Assembly: GCA_963745235.1 (NCBI GenBank)
Contig: CAVUXE010000015.1
Location: forward strand, 1 to 64,000
Length of the DNA: 64,000 nucleotides
Reading direction: 5' to 3'
From: an uncultured Spirochaetota bacterium
GTDB taxonomy: Bacteria; Spirochaetota; Spirochaetia; SZUA-6; Fen-1364
The position numbers and the translations under genes were made by a program. The notes below the pieces were generated by a model. It searched no databases. It saw nothing but the letters and a program-made list of their open reading frames with translations, and was not told the DNA's origin. Of the stretch, positions 43,314-53,019 are shown in pieces (the stretch's first letter is position 1; every line of letters begins with the position of its first letter).

Positions 43314-45455
43314 TCAATCGAGGAGGTCCGGCGCCTCCAGCGCTCCGCCCTTTTGGTTCCCATTGCTCCCGATCTTGAACTGTGCAGTCAGATCCCTCAG
43401 GCCTTGCGCCATGGTAGTCAACTGCTCCGTTGCCGACGACATCTCCTCAGCCGCGGACGCCGAGCCTTGCGTTATTTCGTTCACTGCCTCGATGGCCTGC
43501 GACACCTGCTTGGCATTTGTCGTCTGTTCTTCCGTCGAAGCGGAAATGCTCTGGCTCATCTCGCTGACGTTCTCCAGCGCCTTGGCCAGCTCCTTGATGG
43601 CCGCCACCTGCGCCGCCATGGACTCCGAAACCTTGGCGATCATCTCATTCACCTGCTGGGAAGCCCCGCGGATCTCTTCCATGGCCTCTTCTGAGCTGCG
43701 GGAGGTCTGGACGCCCGCGGTGACGTTCTTGATGCTCTCCTTGATCAAAGATTCGATTTCCTTTGTCGACGAGGAGCTTCGATCCGCAAGCTTGCTCACT
43801 TCGTCAGCGACCACGGCGAACCCTCTCCCGTGCTCGCCGGCCCGGGCAGCCTCGATGGAGGCGTTCAGCGCCAGGAGGTTGGTCTGGTCGGCAATGTCGG
43901 AGATCACGTTCACGATCCCGCCGATCTTTTCCGAGCTTGCGGCAATGGTGTTGATGCCGGCAACTACGGACTGAACAGCCCGGGCTCCCGCCACGGCGCT
44001 GTCAACCGATTTGCGGGCAAGGGCGGAAATGTCCTCCAGGCTCCTCGAGACTACCTCGATCGTGTCGAGGGCCTGGGTCATGGAGCTCGTTCCCTGCTCC
44101 GCGGCCGCGGCCTGGGATTGAGCGTGCTCCGCAACGAGGTCCACCGACGCCGTCAGCTCCTCAACAGATGCGCTGGTCTCCTCGAGGCTGGAGGCCTGGC
44201 TCTGCGCGCCTTCGGAAAGCTTCTGCGCGCTGCCCGAGATCTGCTCGCTGGATGCGGCCAGCTGCTCCGCGTTTTCCTGGATGGTCCCGACCATTTCCGA
44301 AAGCTTCTTTGACATGCTGTTGAGGGCCTTGGCAAGCGCTCCGACCTCATCTCGCTGGCTCACGTCAAGCTGATGGGTGAAATCTCCCGCCGCCACTGTT
44401 TGCGCGAAAGCAACCCCCTTGGCAAGCGGAACGGTGATGGACCGGGCAAACAACAGGTACAGGACAAAGGCGACCAGGAGCGCAATCACGACGATCACGA
44501 ATATGAGGTTCCTGACGTCGTTTGCCGCCGCGAGGTACTCGCTTTCGGGTACGATAAGGGTCACGCTCCAACCGGTGCTTTTCACCGGCGCAAACCCCGC
44601 CGTCTTTGCGACGCCCTTGAAGACGAAGGATGCGACGCCTGTTTTGCCGCTCACCATCTCCTTCCCGTAGTCCTTCATTCCTTCGGTTTCAAGGACGTTC
44701 ATCTTCATGATGAGGTCGGCGTTCTGATGAGCGATGGTCATGCCTTTTCCATCCACAACCGCCGCATAGCCGGTTCTGCCGACCTTCTCTCCGGCGACGA
44801 TGCCACCGAGGAAGTCGATTCGAAGCATCATGGTGAAAACACCCACGACTCTTCCGTCAGACGTGATCGGCACCGCGACAGGCGTGATTGGCTGGCCGGT
44901 GACCTTGCTGATGACCACGGACCCGATGTTGGCCTCTCCCGTCATCGCTTTCTTGAAATACTCCCTCTCGTGGGCATCCACTCCCATGGACGCCGGAGTA
45001 GCGGCGACAAACACAACACCGTTGGCATCCATTATGTTGACAGCTTCGTACGAGCCGCCAAGCTGCTGGATATCCCTGAATGGGGCCAGATGATCAAATG
45101 CCACCGCAATCGCGTCCGGTACCGGGCTCACCGTCTTTGCTTTGGCGGCAGAAGGGCTGCTCTTCACCGCCTCCGCTCCCGCCCCGTTGGCCGAGCGGTT
45201 GCGCTGCACTGCCGCCGCCACGATGGCCGGGTTGTGCGCAAGACTGACGCCAAGCTTCAACTCTTCCGTGTAGATGCCATCGATAATCCCGGCGATTTCC
45301 TGGGACCGGCTGACAAGCTGCTGATCGCTCAGCTCCTTGAGCCCGGCGCCCGCCCGCTGTACAGCGAGTATCCCGACTGCAATCAACGGGACCGCTATGA
45401 TAATCGTCCCTACAAGGATCAGCTTTGGTCCAATTCTCAAGTTCTTCAGCATCAT
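43314..45455 (-). CDS. Methyl-accepting chemotaxis protein with dCache sensor
   Basis: [26 protein letters not shown] and MCP signal domain; paralog of its neighbour. Confidence 0.95.
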   Translation of the reverse strand: MMLKNLRIGPKLILVGTIIIAVPLIAVGILAVQRAGAGLKELSDQQLVSRSQEIAGIIDGIYTEELKLGVSLAHNPAIVAAAVQRNRSANGAGAEAVKSSPSAAKAKTVSPVPDAIAVAFDHLAPFRDIQQLGGSYEAVNIMDANGVVFVAATPASMGVDAHEREYFKKAMTGEANIGSVVISKVTGQPITPVAVPITSDGRVVGVFTMMLRIDFLGGIVAGEKVGRTGYAAVVDGKGMTIAHQNADLIMKMNVLETEGMKDYGKEMVSGKTGVASFVFKGVAKTAGFAPVKSTGWSVTLIVPESEYLAAANDVRNLIFVIVVIALLVAFVLYLLFARSITVPLAKGVAFAQTVAAGDFTHQLDVSQRDEVGALAKALNSMSKKLSEMVGTIQENAEQLAASSEQISGSAQKLSEGAQSQASSLEETSASVEELTASVDLVAEHAQSQAAAAEQGTSSMTQALDTIEVVSRSLEDISALARKSVDSAVAGARAVQSVVAGINTIAASSEKIGGIVNVISDIADQTNLLALNASIEAARAGEHGRGFAVVADEVSKLADRSSSSTKEIESLIKESIKNVTAGVQTSRSSEEAMEEIRGASQQVNEMIAKVSESMAAQVAAIKELAKALENVSEMSQSISASTEEQTTNAKQVSQAIEAVNEITQGSASAAEEMSSATEQLTTMAQGLRDLTAQFKIGSNGNQKGGALEAPDLLD

Positions 45456-45487
45456 CGTGCCCCTTCGCAGAATAGATGGTTGTCTGT

Positions 45488-45504
45488 AGCAAGAAGCGTG
45501 CCGG
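45488..45504 (-). promoter_or_regulatory. sigma54-like promoter of the dCache MCP
   Basis: Minus strand reads CCGGCACG-CTTC-TTGCT, about 33 bp upstream of the start codon. Confidence 0.6.
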
Positions 45505-45901
45505 CGACAGAAACCGCGACAGGTTGAGCAGAGATTCGGCCGCAAATGCTTTGATTGAATAGAATTAACTTCACGAAAAGTCAATCGACTATAATGAATG
45601 GTCTACTTACACGCCCACATGCTGGCGGAGAGGGTGTTCCAGTGTTCCACCTGTCCATGGAGCTTGGAACAGGCGAACCCTCCGATCATCAGGCCGCAGC
45701 GAAAACGAGGATTGTCGAAAGGCACGTATCGTGATATAAGTCTCTCCAGTCGGTTTCGCAGGAAATTCCTTTTATTCCTGGCGCCTCATTCCAATCAGCA
45801 ATCGAAGTCGGCAGAATCACAAGAAGAGCAAGGTTGGTCTTACCGTATCCGGTCGGCACGACGCCCTGAATCTGCAATATGTGGCAAGCGAGGTGGGTTC
45901 C

Positions 45902-47863
45902 ATGCGCACGCATTCTCTCCCCCCGGTAATCACAGTCAGCGAAGAAAAGTGCGTGAACTGTCACGCCTGCATAGCCGTGTGCCCGGTGAAATACTGCAAC
46001 GACGGAAGCGGCAGCACGATCCGGCTGAATCATGACCTCTGCATAGGCTGCGGACGTTGCCTAACGGCGTGTACCCATGAAGCGCGCCAGTACGTGGACG
46101 ACTTCGAGGCATTCATGAACGCGGTAAGGAAAAAACAACATGTTATCGCCGTGGTAGCTCCGGCGGTGGCGGCAAACTTTCCCGGGCGCTTCCACAACTT
46201 GATTGGTTGGCTCAAAAGCATCGGAGTCGAGGCTGCATTCGACGTCAGCTTTGGAGCGGAGTTGACGGTCCAGTCCTACTTGGAGCATATCAAGAAAAAC
46301 AAACCGCGAACCGTCGTCGCACAGCCTTGCCCCGCCATTGTCACGTACATCCAGGTCCATCGCCCGGAGCTCCTTCCCTACCTGGCGCCGGCCCACAGTC
46401 CCATGGCGCACACCATACAAATGGTCAAGACCCACTATCCGCAGTTCCGAGATCACAAGGTGGCGGTCATCTCTCCCTGCATAGCCAAGAGACGCGAGTT
46501 CGTCGAGACCGGGCTCGGTGACTATAACGTCACCTTTCTTTCCCTGGCGCGGTACTTGAAAGATCAGCGCATCGACCTGGACAGGATCCAGGAGTCCGAT
46601 TTCGATTCGCCGCTCGCCGAGCGTGCCGTTCTTTTCTCAACTCCGGGAGGTCTGATGCGCACAGCCGAGCGCTGGAATCCTGGGCTGAGGGCACAAACCA
46701 GGAAAATCGAGGGTCCTGAACAGATCTACAGCTACCTGGACATCCTCCCGCGCATGATTAAGGAGGGGATCGCGCCCCTTCTCGTGGATTGTCTCAGCTG
46801 CACGCACGGGTGCAATGGCGGCACTGGTGCTCCCGCCAAAGGCGCCGGTCCGGACGAGATTGAGCGCTGGGTGGAAGCGCGCAGCGGAGAAGCGCGAAAG
46901 CGAACCAGCAAGCGTCGGATTGAGAAGGCCATAGCGCGCCACTGGCGCGCTGGGTTGTACGACAGGTCCTACGAGGACTTGCGTGCGCTCAACACCATCC
47001 GGCAGCCCAACGAATTGGAGCTGCAGAGGGTTTACGAATCCATGCACAAGCGGTCTCAGCAGGACTTCTATGATTGCAACTCGTGCGGATACAAGAGCTG
47101 CAAGGCAATGGCCGTCGCTGTGTTCAACAAGGCAAACAAGCCTGAGAACTGCCACCACTACTACAACGGCACCCTCCTGGCCACCGAAGTGCAGCGCACC
47201 ACGGAGGAAGCCGAGCGGGCCAGGGAAGCCTTCGAAGAGGCAGAACGCATGCGACGGCACATCGAGGAGAGTTATGAAAAAAGCCTCGCCCAGGCTCAGA
47301 CGATCAATCACTCCATGGAGCAAATAGGCCGGAATAACGAGGAGGTCACCGGTGTAGCGACCGAGTTGGCCGGCTTCTTTCAGTCGCTCAGCGAGAGCCT
47401 GTCCAACGTTGCTGCGAGGATTGGCGAATCCGCGATCTTGACTGAAAAGTTCGAGCCGATAGTGGAGTCGATCACCGACATCTCGGACCGGACCAACCTC
47501 CTGGCGTTGAATGCCGCAATCGAAGCGGCGCGCGCCGGGGAGCACGGGAGAGGGTTCGCGGTGGTCGCCGCGGAAGTAAATAAGCTGGCGGAGAACTCAA
47601 AATCTGAAATTGGCAAGGTGCTGCCCTATTCTCAGGAGCTGAAGCGCGCCTTTGTCGAAATCAGCCGTGCGATGGGTGACCTGAGCAGACGGTTCGGTCA
47701 AACAAATGAGGCAGTCCACAAGATGACCCGTTCGGCCATGGAAATTGTGTCCGCGACGTCCAAAGTGGGCGAAGAAGTTTCTCTCCTCATTTCCCACGAT
47801 GAATCTGTCCCAGCGGGGTGCAAAGAAACTGGGCCCAAAAGCACGGGGCCCAAAGAAAATTGA
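45902..47863 (+). CDS. Sensory [FeFe]-hydrogenase fused to an MCP signalling domain (group C2-like)
   Basis: Two CxxCxxCxxxC motifs; H-domain [17 protein letters not shown] and [12 protein letters not shown]; Fe[10 protein letters not shown]...C; then [26 protein letters not shown]. No TM. Confidence 0.88.
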   Translation: MRTHSLPPVITVSEEKCVNCHACIAVCPVKYCNDGSGSTIRLNHDLCIGCGRCLTACTHEARQYVDDFEAFMNAVRKKQHVIAVVAPAVAANFPGRFHNLIGWLKSIGVEAAFDVSFGAELTVQSYLEHIKKNKPRTVVAQPCPAIVTYIQVHRPELLPYLAPAHSPMAHTIQMVKTHYPQFRDHKVAVISPCIAKRREFVETGLGDYNVTFLSLARYLKDQRIDLDRIQESDFDSPLAERAVLFSTPGGLMRTAERWNPGLRAQTRKIEGPEQIYSYLDILPRMIKEGIAPLLVDCLSCTHGCNGGTGAPAKGAGPDEIERWVEARSGEARKRTSKRRIEKAIARHWRAGLYDRSYEDLRALNTIRQPNELELQRVYESMHKRSQQDFYDCNSCGYKSCKAMAVAVFNKANKPENCHHYYNGTLLATEVQRTTEEAERAREAFEEAERMRRHIEESYEKSLAQAQTINHSMEQIGRNNEEVTGVATELAGFFQSLSESLSNVAARIGESAILTEKFEPIVESITDISDRTNLLALNAAIEAARAGEHGRGFAVVAAEVNKLAENSKSEIGKVLPYSQELKRAFVEISRAMGDLSRRFGQTNEAVHKMTRSAMEIVSATSKVGEEVSLLISHDESVPAGCKETGPKSTGPKEN

Positions 47864-48012
47864 CAAATTGCCCGAACTATGTCATTCTGGGGTTCCTCAA
47901 TACTTCTCGTGATTGGAAATGTAACTCTCTTGTGGCAGACTTTGCTCGCTCATAGTCCAGCAGTGTGATTCATGCCTGTGCGGTTCGAGAACTGTTTCAA
48001 CAAGGAGGCACC

Positions 48013-49466
48013 ATGAAACCTTTGGAGCTTTCCTCGCGCGCTGGCCGCCCCGCCCCTCACAAACTGAGACGATTCGCAAGATCCAAGGGGCTCGTCATCG
48101 CGGTTGCCGTGGTGAGCGTGACGTGGTGGCTTTCGCCTGCCAGCGTGAACGCCCTTTCCAGCTTCGCGCGGCAGACGGGCCTGTCCTGCGACACCTGTCA
48201 TTGGTCTTTTCCAGAGCTGAAGCCGACCGGACGCGAGTTCAAGCTGAATGGCTACACCCTCACCGCAGAGAAGAACCTGACAGCCACGGGCACCGCCAAG
48301 ACTGCGGAGCTTTCGCTCCCGCAGTTTGTCCCTCTGTCCGCCAGTCTCTTGACGTCGTTGACCTATACGCGGCTGAGCAAGCCCGGCGCAGCAGGATCCA
48401 AGCGTTGAGGTTCCGCAGGGGCTGAACATCTGGTTGGCTGGACAAATCCTCCCCAACTTCGGAGAAGCTGTCCAGATTACCTACACTGCCGCCGACGACC
48501 ACTTCAGCTTCGACAGCAGTGACGTTCGCTACGTATTCCAGACAACTCTCTTTGGCGAAGACCTGGTTCTTGGGATTGATTCCAACAACAATCCGACCTT
48601 TGAGGACGTGTGGAACAGCGTCCCTGCCTGGGGTTTCCCGTTCGCCTCGGCCGACTCGGCTGGTTTTGCGCCGGCGGTCACAACGCTCATTGATGGGCCC
48701 CTGGCCATCCAGGTGGTTGGCGGCGGTCTCTATGCCCTGTTTGCCGATCATCTGTATGTCCTGGCGGAGGTTTATCGTTCACAGCACCTGGGTCAGGCGC
48801 AGCCCGGAAACGGGTGTTCCTTCGCCGCCGGCCTACCAGCCAATCAACATCCAGTACGTTGCGCCGTACTGGCGTGTGGCCTGGCAGCAGGAAGTGGGAA
48901 AGAACAACTATTTCGAGATCGGTACCTACGGAATCTACGTCAGCTCCACTCCCAACTCGACCGGCGGGGCCACGGACAGCTATCTGGATCTGGCCGCGGA
49001 CCTAACCTATGAGCTGACGCTGGGCAACGGTGACGTGATCAGCGTGCACAGCACATTCATCTATGAGACGAGTGATCTCGACGCAAGCTCGGCGTTGGCA
49101 CCGGCGCAGTCAAACCCGGGCATTCATACGCTGGAGACTTGGAGGCTCGACGCCAACTATCATTTCGGCAACAAGTTCACTTTCACCGCCGGACCGTTCA
49201 TGACGTGGGGTACAAGCGATTCGCATCCTTTACCCTGCGTGACTCCAGGCAACTGGAGACACCACCGCCAGCTTTGCCGATGGCAGCCCCGAACTAATCT
49301 GGGCTACATCGCGCAGGCCGCCTTCTGGCCGGGGCAGAACTTCCAGATCGCCCTGCAGTACAGAGGGTTCATCACCTACAATGGCGCGAGCTCGAACTAC
49401 GACGGGAACGGAAGGAACGCATCCGACAACAACACCATTTACGCTTTCATCTGGATCAACTACTGA
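48013..49466 (+). CDS. Cyc2-like fused monoheme cytochrome c / outer-membrane beta-barrel; frameshifts near 48400 and 48810
   Basis: AGGAGG RBS, signal peptide, FARQTGLSCDTCHWSFPELKPTGREFKLNGY, NNNPTFEDVWNS and APYWRVAW. Ends YDGNGRNASDNNTIYAFIWINY. Confidence 0.82.
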
Positions 49467-49483
49467 GCCCGATGAGCCACGGC

Positions 49484-49515
49484 ACGGGAGAGGGCGGCCA
49501 TGCCCTCTCACCCGT
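49484..49515. terminator. Hairpin between the convergent cyc2-like gene and ccsA
   Basis: GAGAGGGC-GGCCAT-GCCCTCTC stem, extendable. Confidence 0.5.
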
Positions 49516-50302
49516 AGCTGTGGAGACCTGAAAGCAGGAAGTTCACGCCGAAAAACGTGAACAGGGTGAAAGCGAAGCCGACAATGGCCAGCACGGCGGA
49601 GATCTTCCCCCGCAACCGTCTGACCAGTCGAGTGTGGAGATAGGCTGTGTAGACCAGCCAGGTAATGAGGGCCCAGGTCTCTTTCGGATCCCAGCTCCAC
49701 CACTGCCCCCACGCCACTTCCGCCCAGATGGCGCCGAAAACGAGAGCGCCGGCGGTGAATATCGGGTACCCTATCGCGATTGACGTGTAGGTGATCCTGT
49801 CTGCCTCTCCCTTCCTTTCCTCATCCCGCGCTGCCAGGGAGACGATTGCTGCAACAAGGCTCACGACGAAGAACGCCTCTCCGATGAAAGCAAGGGTCAC
49901 GTGGAGGACGAGCCAGAGCGACTGGAGCGCCGGAATGGGAGGCTGGATACCGCGGGGAGCGAGCGGCGAAGAGGAGATCAGGAGCAGCGCAAGAGCGAAA
50001 ACAGTTGCGCCCGGCAGGATGAAACGCATCACATCTGACTTCACAACGCTGTGCAGGACGAATATCACGGCGCAGACCACCGCGGAGAAGAACACGAGCG
50101 ACTCGTAGGTGTTGGTGACAGCGGGGAAGCTGATCCTGAGGCTGCGGTCAACTGTGACGGCGAACAGAAGGAGGGAGGCAGCGAGAAGCATCCAGCGGGA
50201 CAGCGGGTCCGGAGTCCCACCCCTGCGAATGAGAAAGATGATCTGCAGGACCGCGGCTGCGGCAATGAGGACGAGGGCTGCCGTTGCGAAAGCTTGCGCC
50301 AT
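49508..50302 (-). CDS. ccsA: Cytochrome c biogenesis protein CcsA/ResC (system II)
   Basis: PALQSLWLVLHV and the WWD motif GAIWAEVAWGQWWSWDPKETWA; YLH. Confidence 0.95.
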   Translation of the reverse strand: MAQAFATAALVLIAAAAVLQIIFLIRRGGTPDPLSRWMLLAASLLLFAVTVDRSLRISFPAVTNTYESLVFFSAVVCAVIFVLHSVVKSDVMRFILPGATVFALALLLISSSPLAPRGIQPPIPALQSLWLVLHVTLAFIGEAFFVVSLVAAIVSLAARDEERKGEADRITYTSIAIGYPIFTAGALVFGAIWAEVAWGQWWSWDPKETWALITWLVYTAYLHTRLVRRLRGKISAVLAIVGFAFTLFTFFGVNFLLSGLHSYG

Positions 50303-50331
50303 AGAGTGGACTCCTTCCTGGGCACCTGCGG

Positions 50332-51285
50332 TCAGGTCTTTTCCCCGCTCCCCTTCTGGACAAAAGTCAGCGTGAGGCCCAGCGCCAGGAAGGCGACTCC
50401 GACGATGACTGTGGTGAAACCGGGGTCGCTCACCGCCCGCAGCCCTGTGGCCAGCTGTTGCGTAATGCGCACCAGCGTGTACTGCCCGAGTGACTCGGTG
50501 ACAGCGAGCTTTCGCGTCGAGACAAGGAGATTGCCCCGATACTGCATCAGCAGCGCCTCCGTGTCGCCCCCTTCGTCCACCACGTCAGCCAGGTACCAGA
50601 CGGAATCGGCGTCCCGGAAGCCCTCCCCGATCCGGGCTGTCGTCTCGGCTCCGGCCGTATCGCGAAAGAGGAATGTCGACTGGTCTTCCCACGTTGCCTG
50701 GTAGACCGAGACGCCTTTCAGTCTCAGGGGATGGTTCACCCTTATGGGAAATGCCGTACTCTCCAGGATTCCGTCCCGCAGCACGTCGACGGTTGAAATC
50801 CAGGCCCGGGGAGACCCGTTCTGGTACTTGAGGTATTCAAAAGAGACGAGCCTGATCGAGTAGTGAGGGGCCACGTCGACTTCCTGGCCCTGGGCCATCA
50901 GGAAGTCTTTCTCACGACGTCCGAGTGCCGTGAGAAGCCCTCCGGCGATGAGCACCAGGAGCGCGATATGAACGATATCCGGCCCAAACCTTCTCTGAGC
51001 CTTCATTCGCCTGCGACGCACGACGCGGTCCACGGCGCAGACCCCGAGGTTCAACGCGAATACGGCTACGGGAACGAGAAAGAGCGCTGAGGAAAAGTAC
51101 CGGTTGAAACCGAGAGCCGTGATCAAGGCGTGGAGAGCGGGCGAATACCTGGCGTGGTAGAATGCCGTCTCTCTGCCCTGCGGCACGAGGGTGGAAAGCA
51201 CCGACAGCGCCGTGATCAGGAGAATCAGCACGATGGCCAGCCGCACGGACTTCAAGAATCGATACAATGCCTGCACTCGACCCAT
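50332..51285 (-). CDS. ccsB: Cytochrome c biogenesis protein CcsB/ResB (system II)
   Basis: SVRLAIVL, TLVPQ, VCAVDR, VHIALL, IRVNHPL, VYQA and VSDPG. Confidence 0.9.
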   Translation of the reverse strand: MGRVQALYRFLKSVRLAIVLILLITALSVLSTLVPQGRETAFYHARYSPALHALITALGFNRYFSSALFLVPVAVFALNLGVCAVDRVVRRRRMKAQRRFGPDIVHIALLVLIAGGLLTALGRREKDFLMAQGQEVDVAPHYSIRLVSFEYLKYQNGSPRAWISTVDVLRDGILESTAFPIRVNHPLRLKGVSVYQATWEDQSTFLFRDTAGAETTARIGEGFRDADSVWYLADVVDEGGDTEALLMQYRGNLLVSTRKLAVTESLGQYTLVRITQQLATGLRAVSDPGFTTVIVGVAFLALGLTLTFVQKGSGEKT

Positions 51286-51791
51286 TCCTCCGGTGCCACA
51301 GGACTATAGCCCGAATCACCCTCCCTGTCACACCGGTTGGCAGGCACAGGTAAGGAGAGCGTATGCGCAGACATATCTTGACGATATGCCTTTGGTACCA
51401 CTCTCCTAACCTTGTCCTTGATTGTACTTCCGCGCGGTTCGCCAATCCATAAATGCGGGTTAAAAGATGGATAACACTTTGTTATGCGGGGACTCCTCCT
51501 CCGGTCTCCGCCTGAAGTCCTATATCCAACTCCGCCCAAAGCATGAGTTGAAACTGCACTTTCAGGTGATGCGCTCAGGGCCCTCGGCGGGTTTGGATAT
51601 TGCATGGCACAGGAGGGAGAGATGAAAACAAAAAATTTCCAGAAGCGTCGCAAGACGCTCACAATCGCGCGGCGCTTGCCTGACAAGGCTCCGGCTGAAA
51701 ACGGGAAAGCGCGGCAAATCGCCGCCGATCAACAGGTCGATGAGGTTGAGCGGACTTTTTCGGTCCGCTGGGAATGGTAGGAGAACCGAAA

Positions 51792-52904
51792 ATGCAAACC
51801 TTGAGCATGCCGTCAACGGCGGCGTCACGCCGCCTCTCCTACCTCGACAACCTGCGGATTGTCCTGACCATCCTGGTGATTGCGCACCACGTCGGGCAGG
51901 CATACGGGCCGACCGGGGGGTACTGGCCGGTGCAGGAGGCGGCTCGGGCTGCGATCCTGGGTCCGTTCTTCACGGTGAACCGCTCCTTTTTCATGAGTCT
52001 TTTCTTCATGATCTCGGGCTATTTCATGGTCAGCTCATATGACCGTCACGGTTTTGACGCATTCATCCGAAGTCGACTCATCAGGTTCGGAATACCGGTC
52101 CTCGTATTCGCCGGTTTGATGCTCCTGCCACGGGTGCTGTCCGGTCATCGTCCCCCTCGGTGGGACCAGTGGTTTGATGCGGGGCATCTCTGGTTCCTGG
52201 AGCATGTGCTGATCTTCAGCGTTGTCTATGCGCTGTGGCGCAGGCTCTCCAAGGGAAAGGGCGAGGGTCGCCGCCTCCCTGTGACTCCCTTGAAGCTACC
52301 GATCATGACAACGATTGTTCCGTTCATGGTGCTCGTCGCCGCCGCGTCGTGGGCAATACGGATCTGGTCCCCGATCGACCGCTGGATGAACCTGCTGGGC
52401 TTCATCCGCGTCGCCTTTGCCGATGTACCGCGGGACCTCAGCTTCTTCATCTTCGGTGCTCTCGCCTTCCGCCGCGGCTGGTTCGAGAGCTACCCGACCC
52501 GCAAGGGCATGGCCTGGCTCGCTGTTGGCGTGACTGCGGCTGTTGCATGGTCCGCCTGGGCTCTGTTTGGCCGAGCAGCGCTCCCCTTGAGCGCCCTTGG
52601 CATCTTCGACATCGTCTACCCGGCATGGGAGAGCGTCCTTTGCTTCGGAATGTGCATTGGCCTCCTGGTGCTGTTCCGCGAGGCAATCAACATCCAGGGC
52701 CCGCTTGGAAAGCTTCTGTCTGCGAACCAGTACTCCGCGTATTTCTGGCATCCCCTGTTGATAGTCCCGCTGCAGTTTGCGATTCATGGACTTTCCCTGA
52801 ATCCCCTCGTCAAGTTCGCCCTGGTCGCGGCCGTTGGAGTGCCTCTTGTTTTTCTCTGGAGCTGGGCTTTCCGGAATCTGAAACCGGTGAGAGCCGTCTT
52901 ATAG
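51792..52904 (+). CDS. Acyltransferase family 3 (OpgC/MdoC-like) membrane protein
   Basis: YLDNLR, FFMSLFFMISGYF and GHLWFL; multiple TM helices. Confidence 0.9.
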   Translation: MQTLSMPSTAASRRLSYLDNLRIVLTILVIAHHVGQAYGPTGGYWPVQEAARAAILGPFFTVNRSFFMSLFFMISGYFMVSSYDRHGFDAFIRSRLIRFGIPVLVFAGLMLLPRVLSGHRPPRWDQWFDAGHLWFLEHVLIFSVVYALWRRLSKGKGEGRRLPVTPLKLPIMTTIVPFMVLVAAASWAIRIWSPIDRWMNLLGFIRVAFADVPRDLSFFIFGALAFRRGWFESYPTRKGMAWLAVGVTAAVAWSAWALFGRAALPLSALGIFDIVYPAWESVLCFGMCIGLLVLFREAINIQGPLGKLLSANQYSAYFWHPLLIVPLQFAIHGLSLNPLVKFALVAAVGVPLVFLWSWAFRNLKPVRAVL

Positions 52905-52909
52905 GAGGA

Positions 52910-52943
52910 GCTGCGGCGCCGGGCGCCGCAGCGTTCCCTTTCT
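52910..52943 (+). terminator. Intrinsic terminator after the acyltransferase
   Basis: GCTGCGGCGC-CGG-GCGCCGCAGC followed by a pyrimidine-rich tract. Confidence 0.65.
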
Positions 52944-53019
52944 TCCAAAAAACTCTATTTACTGTTATTTCTAAAATTACTGTGTTATTCTTGGACCAAC
53001 CATGCCGAAAAAATAACCG

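Noticed and set aside
52900-52945. Displaced intron domain VI (minus-strand hairpin then CTCCTCCTAT)
   Set aside because: It lies about 80 nt from domain V across AT-rich sequence and lacks a proper terminus. It is better explained as the acyltransferase terminator.
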